Position numbers and translations under genes: made by a program. From an uncultured virus (IMG/VR IMGVR_UViG_3300025012_000065) (taxonomy: Duplodnaviria; Heunggongvirae; Uroviricota; Caudoviricetes), in the IMG/VR virus record IMGVR_UViG_3300025012_000065: a DNA stretch of 64,000 nt, one strand, 5' to 3'. The notes under the pieces were generated by a model, which saw only the letters and a program-made list of their open reading frames with translations, ran no database searches and was not told the origin of the DNA. This document shows, one piece after another, positions 38,996-47,000 of the stretch. Position 1 is the first letter of the stretch. Every line of letters begins with the position of its first letter.

Positions 38996-39259
38996 TCACA
39001 TTAAGGTCTTAAATCCTTCGTAAATTATTTCTGTCATTTTTTGTTGAACTTTAAAATTCTGATAATCCTGTTCTCTACCTTGGCAGCATAATACGTACAC
39101 CTTTGATACTAGTGATCCATCTGAATCTGAAACTACTTCCGACTCTCTCAAGTCGAGTACTTTAAATTCATTGGCTCTAAGTATCCTGGTTACACTTATT
39201 ACTGCCTTTTCTAACAACTGAGTTATCACTCTAAATTCAATTATTTTAGTCATAATCAT
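38996..39259 (-). CDS. cassette-encoded small protein
   Basis: promoter, AGGAGG RBS. Confidence 0.7.
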   Translation of the reverse strand: MIMTKIIEFRVITQLLEKAVISVTRILRANEFKVLDLRESEVVSDSDGSLVSKVYVLCCQGREQDYQNFKVQQKMTEIIYEGFKTLM

Positions 39260-39321
39260 TCCTCCTATATTTTGCTTAATGTCATTATGGTGTATGCAAA
39301 TATCGCGAGCAGAAAGAAAGC

Positions 39322-39555
39322 CTAAGCTTCCTCGATGTTTTCTGCTACTTCGTAGAATTTCCCATCGATTTCAATTATGCTTCCATCTTTTAAACCTTGT
39401 TTAATTTTCTTGTTGAATTTCACTTCGTTAATAACATTGCCAACTCCAACAGCAACATGCCCTATAGCACTAAATGCAATTCCAACTACTGCTGGCACTA
39501 CTACTAATACTACAAAACCCATTACTGCTAGGTCTACGATATCTTTATCTTTCAT
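39322..39555 (-). CDS. cassette-encoded small membrane protein ending EEA*
   Basis: promoter, RBS, long hydrophobic segment. Confidence 0.7.
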   Translation of the reverse strand: MKDKDIVDLAVMGFVVLVVVPAVVGIAFSAIGHVAVGVGNVINEVKFNKKIKQGLKDGSIIEIDGKFYEVAENIEEA

Positions 39556-39628
39556 GATAATTCCTTCTTTCAAATTAAATTTATTTCATTATAGAATATG
39601 TTACGTACGCGAGCAAAAAGAAAGAAAC

Positions 39629-39757
39629 CTATTTGGCTTCTCCCCATGTCAATACCTTGGATGTTTCGTTAGCTATTACTATACTCGCCATTGCTACTAC
39701 CATTACTAAAGAAACTCCAGCGAGTCCTCCTAAAATAGTTTTTGCAATATTCTTCAT
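39629..39757 (-). CDS. cassette-encoded 42-aa membrane peptide
   Basis: MKNIAKTILGGLAGVSLVMVVAMASIVIANETSKVLTWGEAK*; GAGGG RBS. Confidence 0.6.
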   Translation of the reverse strand: MKNIAKTILGGLAGVSLVMVVAMASIVIANETSKVLTWGEAK

Positions 39758-39878
39758 AATAAATTCCCTCTTTCAAGTTTATTTTCATTATATAGCACGT
39801 AATTCACGCGAGCAAAAAAAGAAACCTAAGTTCCTTCATTATGCTATTTAGTGATTTGTAATATACTCGTTCATTGTA

Positions 39879-40013
39879 TTATTTCATATTTACTGCGTTG
39901 TTACGTCTGTGATTCACTACTACCGTTGCTATTATCGCAAAGGCTACAATCAATCCTGCTGTAATTCCTACAGTAGTCATGGTTAATGCTACTTGTTGAA
40001 CTTTAATATACAT
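39879..40013 (-). CDS. cassette-encoded 44-aa membrane peptide
   Basis: MYIKVQQVALTMTTVGITAGLIVAFAIIATVVVNHRRNNAVNMK*; AAGGAG RBS. Confidence 0.6.
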   Translation of the reverse strand: MYIKVQQVALTMTTVGITAGLIVAFAIIATVVVNHRRNNAVNMK

Positions 40014-40083
40014 ATTAATCGCTCCTTTTATTTACATAATTCTTCTATTATATAATGCATAATGGACGCGAGCAAAAAAAAAA

Positions 40084-40142
40084 ATAATGGCAATCCAATT
40101 AACCCAGTTTTCACTGATGGGAATCGAACCCACTAACATTAT
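40084..40142 (-). ncRNA. circularly permuted tRNA-mimic RNA, copy 2
   Basis: ATAAT-GTTA-GTGGG TTCGATT CCCAT-CAGT GAAA ACTG-GGT TAATTGGATT GCC-ATTAT. Confidence 0.75.
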
Positions 40143-40214
40143 CTTTCATTATATAATGTGTAATTCACGCGAGGTATGATAACCACTATCTGTCACGCAG
40201 AACGAGCAAAAAAA

Positions 40215-40288
40215 AGAAGCGACGGGTTCGAACCGCATTTCTCTGGTAGATATACCAGCGCTTTAACTTTTAAGCTAAATTTTCTTCT
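40215..40288 (-). ncRNA. degenerate tRNA-like RNA
   Basis: D arm GCTT..AAGC, CTGGT-ATATCT-ACCAG arm, GCGG TTCGAAC CCGT T arm, weak acceptor stem, no CCA. Confidence 0.65.
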
Positions 40289-40329
40289 TTCATTATGTAG
40301 TATGTAATACACGCGAGCAGAAAGAAAGC

Positions 40330-40491
40330 CTAAGCTTCCCTCCCGACAATGTCATGAATAATCGGTCTTTTGTTTTTAACATTCATTGTATCTATTATGT
40401 CGAATATCTTTTTGTTAGCATCTTTTCGTCCTTGCCAGTAACATGTACCAGCAATCGTCAAACCTACAATCAATAACCATAATGTTTTCAT
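40330..40491 (-). CDS. cassette-encoded 53-aa membrane peptide ending EA*
   Basis: MKTLWLLIVGLTIAGTCYWQGRK...IVGREA*; AAGGAG RBS. Confidence 0.65.
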   Translation of the reverse strand: MKTLWLLIVGLTIAGTCYWQGRKDANKKIFDIIDTMNVKNKRPIIHDIVGREA

Positions 40492-40578
40492 AATGTTAAT
40501 CTCCTTTCAAAATTATCATAACACTTTCATTATAGTATATGTTTTGGATGCGAATCGAGCAAAAAGAGAAGGCATGTT

Positions 40579-40872
40579 TTACACACGCCCCTTAATGATA
40601 AACCCTAACGCTTTCGTAGTTATTACTCCAGCTTGTTCAAATCCCAATATCAGTGCTATGCCCAATAGATTACCTGCTATGATCAGAATCGTGTCTTTCT
40701 TTATTTTCTGTTCGCGTTTTATCGCGTCCATTTTATAAAGCTTTTCAAGATTATCGGTCATATTTTTGTATTCCGCTGAGTCTGGCTGATGTTGTTTCAT
40801 AATTTCCAAGACTGCTGCAATTTCTGCTTCAAGCGCCGTTTGTTTATTCTTTTTGGTGAATTTCTTAAACAT
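40579..40872 (-). CDS. cassette-encoded protein with C-terminal TM
   Basis: first cassette of the array; AGGAGA RBS. Confidence 0.7.
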   Translation of the reverse strand: MFKKFTKKNKQTALEAEIAAVLEIMKQHQPDSAEYKNMTDNLEKLYKMDAIKREQKIKKDTILIIAGNLLGIALILGFEQAGVITTKALGFIIKGRV

Positions 40873-40995
40873 TTGCGTTCTCTCCTTCAAGATTTTATTC
40901 TTTCATTATAGCGTGAGTTATTTCCGCGAAGGAATCATCAACAATGGATTTTCGTAAACCTTGGAATTTTTACCGTCAATTATAATGTCGGTACA

Positions 40996-41439
40996 TTATA
41001 GGCATACGCCATCCTTCGCTGTTTGAAGTAAGAAACCGAGAAGAAACCACACTTTGTTTTTGATTCGGTCCTTACAAATATCCGAGCCCAACTTCTCATT
41101 GTAGTTAGCAGGGTCAACGCAGGCCGAAGACTCTACAATTGTGAAGTTATTAGCAAGAGTGGCCGTCACAATGGTGATCTTATTTTGTTGAGTCACCACC
41201 TCATAGGCTACGATGAAACCCTCAACTAACTCCTGGGTAATTGTGTTATTATCCCCAACTTGCATATACGCTTTTTCAAAAACATCTTTTGGAGACCAAC
41301 CACTGTAATTATCAGGATAATCCACTTTATAACCTTCTTGACTAGCGCCACTGTACACTAGAGGCCGAACTTGTTTGTTATACTCAGCTACGGTCATTGG
41401 TTCAGCTTGAATCATCTTAAAACCGATGTATTTTTTCAT
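40996..41439 (-). CDS. two-domain protein: KYIG.K...AEPM/WSPK.VFE.AY domain + N4 Gp49/Sf6 gp66-like domain
   Basis: GYKVDYPDNYSGWSPKDVFEKAY; L.N.FTIVESSACVDPANYNEKLG..IC......KVW.LLGFLLQ. Confidence 0.7.
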   Translation of the reverse strand: MKKYIGFKMIQAEPMTVAEYNKQVRPLVYSGASQEGYKVDYPDNYSGWSPKDVFEKAYMQVGDNNTITQELVEGFIVAYEVVTQQNKITIVTATLANNFTIVESSACVDPANYNEKLGSDICKDRIKNKVWFLLGFLLQTAKDGVCL

Positions 41440-41629
41440 TAGTCTTAATCCTCTCTTCTTTTAAATACCGTTTCATGCAAAATATAGCCAAATCGTTTCT
41501 AAGGCCCCTGAGAGGCCTTCTAAGCCGTTTGACGTCCGTAGCCTATATATATGTATGCCCAGTAGCTTATAGTGGCGTACAGGGCAACGTCGAGGGCGGT
41601 TTTTTATGACTTTCGAAATATAGGGTGTA

Positions 41630-41815
41630 TTAAGCCTCAGGTATACCCGCCATGCTTGTTAAGAGAGAATATATCCCCGCCACGAGAGCCACTGATCCGA
41701 CATATTGCCAGTTAACCCCGTCCATAGCCACACCAATGGTGATCATACCGAGACCGGTTTGGGCAACGGTCTTAACCGCGCGAATGGCCGCTGCTTGTAA
41801 CCATTTTACTGTCAT
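41630..41815 (-). CDS. holin (r1t-like)
   Basis: WLQAAAIRAVKTVAQT...VNW...SLLTSMAGIPE; adjacent to the endolysin. Confidence 0.85.
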   Translation of the reverse strand: MTVKWLQAAAIRAVKTVAQTGLGMITIGVAMDGVNWQYVGSVALVAGIYSLLTSMAGIPEA

Positions 41816-41908
41816 TAGTTTTCACCTCCTACTTCACATGTGCTCCGTGATTGAACATTAATATTAAGACTAGTGCAACCGCATATATAACTACGTACGT
41901 CATAGTCG

Positions 41909-42634
41909 TTAATCCCGTCGTAACTTTAATGGAAATTGTTCGGCATAAAACCCTAATGCGTTTATCCCTTTTATTGCTTCCTGAACCTTTGACGTACGAA
42001 CCCAAACGACCACATTAACATCCGGGTCTGATATCCCCGTAGAGGTCACAGGAGGGCTTGTGACGGGGTTAACCGCTTCTGAGTAAGGAACGTTCACAGC
42101 TCGACTTAAACCCCTACAAATGGCACTAGCGACCGTCTGATCCCATTTTGAATCTTTCATCAACGCTTCTTCTTTGGGGTTGGATATAAAGCCACATTCC
42201 ACAAGTAAAGCCGGACCATTAGTCTCCCTCGTAACGTGCAGGTTGGCGGTCTTTACGCCACGATCAGTAAGACCAGTTGCGAGCACCATTTCCTTCTGAA
42301 CTTCTTTAGCAATCCTCTCAGCCCAACCACCTAAGCCTTGTACGTACGTAGTTATCCCATGCGCTGTCGGATCGTAAAATGAATCGGCATGTATGGATAA
42401 GAAGTATTGTGGGACCCAAGCGTTTGATATATCAGTAACATCGTCGAGATCTCCGTCCTGAATATCAAGCACTTGCCATCCGTTACGTCGCATATTAGTA
42501 ATGACCAGATCACCAATTTCTTGGTTTTGTGTGGACTCCTTAAGCCCAGTGGGTCCGATGGCTCCTGGATCGAATGTTCCGTCATCTTTTGGGCCATGGC
42601 CTTTGTTGACTGTTAATTTACCGGGAGCATTCAT
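41909..42634 (-). CDS. endolysin, N-acetylmuramoyl-L-alanine amidase (Amidase_3)
   Basis: GHG...DPGA..E, SIHAD, ALLVECGFISN. Confidence 0.9.
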   Translation of the reverse strand: MNAPGKLTVNKGHGPKDDGTFDPGAIGPTGLKESTQNQEIGDLVITNMRRNGWQVLDIQDGDLDDVTDISNAWVPQYFLSIHADSFYDPTAHGITTYVQGLGGWAERIAKEVQKEMVLATGLTDRGVKTANLHVTRETNGPALLVECGFISNPKEEALMKDSKWDQTVASAICRGLSRAVNVPYSEAVNPVTSPPVTSTGISDPDVNVVVWVRTSKVQEAIKGINALGFYAEQFPLKLRRD

Positions 42635-42984
42635 ACGGATTCCTCCATTTCCAATTTTTGTGAGATTTCCACTAACTTCATATTAGCAATTTCTTGATTG
42701 TCAAATACTTTACGAAATAAACCGAATTGTTCAAGTCTACATGTACCACAATGTCTTTGATCGGTTTCAATCATTGACTTCAATGCGGAGTTTACTTCGG
42801 TGTTCCTCTCAATTACTTGTATTAATCGTCCTTCGCGGTCGAAATCCTGTTTCCTCTTTGTGCCGTCTATAGACGCTAGCGTTTTCATGACCGGTATTAA
42901 TGCTACTATGATTAATGCAACCACTACGAGGAGAGTTATAATCGTACTATCACTCTGTTTTGCTAAAGTGATGGCTGACTCCAT
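42631..42984 (-). CDS. membrane protein of the lysis module (holin-like)
   Basis: TM helix followed by coiled coil; overlaps the lysin start. Confidence 0.55.
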   Translation of the reverse strand: MESAITLAKQSDSTIITLLVVVALIIVALIPVMKTLASIDGTKRKQDFDREGRLIQVIERNTEVNSALKSMIETDQRHCGTCRLEQFGLFRKVFDNQEIANMKLVEISQKLEMEESV

Positions 42985-43039
42985 TTTTACCTCTTTCTGG
43001 CTTCCGCCCCTTTCGTTGATACCTGTGGAAAACAACTTA

Positions 43040-43189
43040 CTATATGATTGAGAATAAGGTCCCTGGTGTTTGTGGTGTTTCTAGAATAGTAGCACACTCT
43101 GTCGCAGTGATAAACTTTGGAACACGCTCTTGAATATACTCAGCTGTGACTCGGGCCATCGTCCATTGTCCTGACAGATAATTATACAT
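43040..43189 (-). CDS. XkdX-like small protein
   Basis: MYNYLSGQWTMARVTAEYIQERVPKFITATECATIL; position after the tail fibre genes. Confidence 0.55.
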   Translation of the reverse strand: MYNYLSGQWTMARVTAEYIQERVPKFITATECATILETPQTPGTLFSII

Positions 43190-43212
43190 AGGACTCACCA
43201 CCGTCAACCTCC

Positions 43213-43875
43213 TTACATCATTGTCATGATCACGTTTAAGGCATCCTCAGCCATGGTCACTCTCTCCGCTGTTATTTCCTCTACGGTCTTAACTGGGACT
43301 GTGTTTGCGATGGCGTTTAAAACCTCGTCAGCAGTGAAGATATAACAGTTCTGCTCTAAAGTGTACGTACGAACGATTACTTCTTCCGCTATGATGGGTT
43401 CGTGATCGTTCCAGGCGATAGGTACTTCTAAAGATGTCGTGATGATGTCATACACGGGAACTTCGACGTCTTCCATTACAGTCGTTCCATCTGGTTGTAT
43501 TACGGCCTGGAACTCGGTAGTAGTTTGATCAGTGGACGTTTTGTACGTAACGGGTCGCGTCTCCCATGTAGTTACTGTTAGAGCGTCCGTAGTCTCTACT
43601 GTATTAATATCCTCCTCAACGTAACCGCCATATCCAATAGGTGTAATTACATCCATCCAATATAGCAGCTGGCCAGCCTCATTGACCTTCTGAACCATAT
43701 TACCAGTAGGTTCTTTAACCGTCTTCTGGAGACTGATAGGATAAGGGATGTCTATAGATAACTCGAATGGTAAGGGTTCGCGGTCATATCCTTTAATCTG
43801 ACCTGTTACTATGTCATAGACAACATTTCTCACAGTTGTACCTCCTCTTGAGAAGGGCGATATTTCACGCCCCAC
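43213..43875 (-). CDS. tail fibre-associated protein
   Basis: position; C-terminal TAERVTMAEDALN. Confidence 0.55.
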   Translation of the reverse strand: MGREISPFSRGGTTVRNVVYDIVTGQIKGYDREPLPFELSIDIPYPISLQKTVKEPTGNMVQKVNEAGQLLYWMDVITPIGYGGYVEEDINTVETTDALTVTTWETRPVTYKTSTDQTTTEFQAVIQPDGTTVMEDVEVPVYDIITTSLEVPIAWNDHEPIIAEEVIVRTYTLEQNCYIFTADEVLNAIANTVPVKTVEEITAERVTMAEDALNVIMTMM

Positions 43876-44065
43876 TTAATTTTACTTACCGTGCTCGTAA
43901 TCGTAGTAAAGAGTGTGAAATACTCCATCTTTATCGGTGATATAACTTTCTCGACATCCCTTACAGACAAATTCGACGTAATTACCCTTTACAATGATTT
44001 CGAAGTGTTCTTTATTACCGCACTTAGTACATTCCAGTTTAACCTCAATCGACATAGTCTCCTCC

Positions 44066-47000
44066 TTAGATACTGTTACCAGTAGTAATAAGTTTATTGG
44101 TTGCCTTATCAACATATCCCATCGGAATTAATTCGCCGGACTTCCAAGCAGTAGGCGTGTTAACGCCAGCCCTTACAACGCCATCGGCTTCTTTAGATAG
44201 TGGTTTGCCGGGTAGATTAACAAGTATTCCCACACCTGTTCCATCAACTGTAAACCCTCCTGTAGCAGAGTATTTACTGAAGACCAACAGCTTTAGTTCC
44301 CCACCGACTAAAACTAAATATCGGGCAATACCCACCATGGGTTTACCGATTGTCGCTAAAGCATATTGCTTCCAGTAAGCTGTGCTAAATCCTGTTGCGT
44401 TTACAGTGACTTTACTCCCAACGTTGATATCCTTAGAGTCTGGCGCGAACTTAACAACGCTAAAACCCAGTTCACCATACAAATCACCTTTATCCTGTCC
44501 TACACGATAAGTCAAGTTCATCCAATGATGAATTCCTTGCTTATTTCCTACAGCACTTCCTAAATCTGTAATCAAGAACTCTGGGATTTCAGCAAGTATC
44601 GTTACGTCAGTATTCGCGGAAATAGGGGTAGGTGCTTCAAGATAATCACTATACGTAGTCAACATAAACTCATTGGAATAAGGGAACATTGATTGAACTT
44701 CCTTAGTCTCTTTTCTTACGAATAGGATGTTACTTAACCCCGCATCCCTTCTTGGATTAGATGGAGATAAAACGTCATAACCTGTCGGCTTTTTGAAGGT
44801 TAATTCGATGTTGCAGTAGTCCGTGTAGATGGTGGAGGTGATTTCTCCATTGCTTGCATTAGCCCATGAAAGGAAGTGAACGAATCCGTCCGATTGAATA
44901 CATGCAGATAATTTTACGTTTGCATTCGATTCATTAACATTTCCAGATACTTTTGAAACACTCCCCAAAGTATTGTAAGATTGGGCTGTCCATACTCCAT
45001 TCCATGTTGAAATAGTAGCATAGTTTCCTGAAGGATTTGTGCCATACCCCCACCAATTAAAGTCGATATTCAATAAATTATTCTTCAACCACTGTACCTT
45101 ATCAATTGCAGGAATGGTTCCCATCTTATCTTCTACTATGCGGATTAGGTTGAAGGAGAAGAGTTGTTGAGCCATATTCCCATTATAGCTATAAGCACCA
45201 GTAAGGGTGTTATCAAGAGCTAAAATACCTGAGTATCTACCAGCATCCATCTCAACAGTAAACTGACTTGGAGTTTTAAGAGTAGAAGAACCTTCGCTAT
45301 ATTTTGCAATATTCGGATTCCCAACCACATCACCAGCAGTTTTTCCAGCAAAATCATCCCTCACATCAACGGTTTGACCTGTTGCTAAACCCATCGAAAT
45401 CACGATTTTATCTGAAAATTTGATGTCTAAACTAGCAAAGTCTACATTAATGGTTGAGGGGGTGATGCCATCTGAGGGGTCGGCAAAACAGAGAAAGAAA
45501 GCGTATCCATCAACACTAATACTATCAAGTAGAGATTGTCCGAATGGGACAGGGATGCTCAGAGTTGCAACTGTACTAGATGTCGTAAACGTATTTACAA
45601 TATCCCAATCATTCCAAAAATTACCTGTATTGTTATAGCGAGTTAGCGTGGCTTTATTTCCAGAAGGAGAACTACCGTGTCCTTTAAAAAGGCATGATAT
45701 TCTATTCAAATTATTCTTCAACCAAGTAACTTTTAACGCCTTAGTCTTAGCAGGTATCTTACATCCCAATTTCCTCTCAGATTCCTTAATTAAGTCAAAA
45801 CTTAATAGTACGCACGCCTGTTTACCATTGACATTTGTACTAAATGTTGTAACTGTCCCATCCTGAATAAACATCTTAGCATACTCACTCGTAATCAACT
45901 CATCAACAAACGTAGAAGGAGCGGGATTATTCGCTACAATTGCACTTAATGTCTTAGCAATATTCGGATTCTCCCAAGTTCTACCTGAAATCTTACTAAC
46001 ATAATCACTCGTAATAGTCTGATTAGCATATGGAAGTCTAAACCCTGCTTCACCCATCAAGGTAGTTGTGGTTGGTACACTCAATGCAGGTTGACCACTA
46101 GGCATAATCATAGAATAATCAATCTGTAAATCTTGTGCTACTAAACTGGCATTTGTACCTAATTTAAACGTAGCAACATTCCCAAACATCCCAGTCCAAG
46201 GTGTAACTGCATCGCCAACAACTTCAGTTTTAGTTGTTCCATTCATGTAATAAACCTTTGGATTTGATGATGTTGCGGTTGACTCCATAGCAACAACTTG
46301 ATATTTACTTAATGCTACTCCAATTGTTTCAGTGAATGTTAATTTTTTATTTACTGCATCTACTCCACCAGTATTAATTATTTTCGTAGCTAAAAGTGTT
46401 CCCAAAACTCTATCAACTAATTTAACTGTATCCCCATCTGAATACAAAGTTGCATCAACAATATCAAAATAAGCTGAAGTATCAGTTGATAAAGCATCTT
46501 TTACTAATGTGGATTTAGCAGTATCAGTATCAAAGACACCGCTAATCAATTCCCCTGCCATACCTGTTACAGTAATAGTATCTCCTGCGCTCCATGTATT
46601 AGGAGTCCCAATTACAACACGATTAATTCCTCGACTATTTAACAAATTTGTCGCTTTTACAATAGAATTGACTGTTTGTGGCATCTGTGCTTCCGATGAA
46701 ATGCGTCTTTGATTGGTGTAGGCTGGCATGATGATAGCATCACCTGAGATGAAGTCAGGAGGGAGATTTGGGAAGAGTGAGCCTCTGTCGATGTTGGAGA
46801 TGGAGATGTCCGAAACAGCACCTACATATCCATATCCACTAGTTGTACTTCCGATGTATCCAACGTTTGCGGAACTTAAATTTGTAATACCTATGGTAGC
46901 GACTTGGACACCATTGAGGAACACATACATATTCGTGCTTGTAATTCTAATCCTAATATGAATAAATGGTGTATTTGGTTTTGCTAGAGTAAAAGTAAGA

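Larger units (their letters stand above)
29143..40930 (-). repeat. array of ~26 promoter repeats defining gene/ncRNA cassettes
   Basis: plus-strand ATTATA/ATTATG-N14-CGCGA(G) with the -10 box at 29143, 30505, 31110, 31217, 31311 (N13), 31595, 31901, 32462, 32679, 32980, 33851, 34162, 34603, 38080, 38279, 38540, 38673, 38945, 39284, 39588, 39787, 40047, 40148, 40292, 40529, 40905; a few copies have variant boxes. Confidence 0.9.

Noticed and set aside
29143..40930. CRISPR array
   Set aside because: Repeats are degenerate promoter/terminator motifs separated by 90 bp to several kb of ORFs or RNAs; no constant-length spacers and no cas operon
29143..40930. Classical integron
   Set aside because: No tyrosine integrase in the window and no attC-type R/L box structure; each cassette has its own promoter
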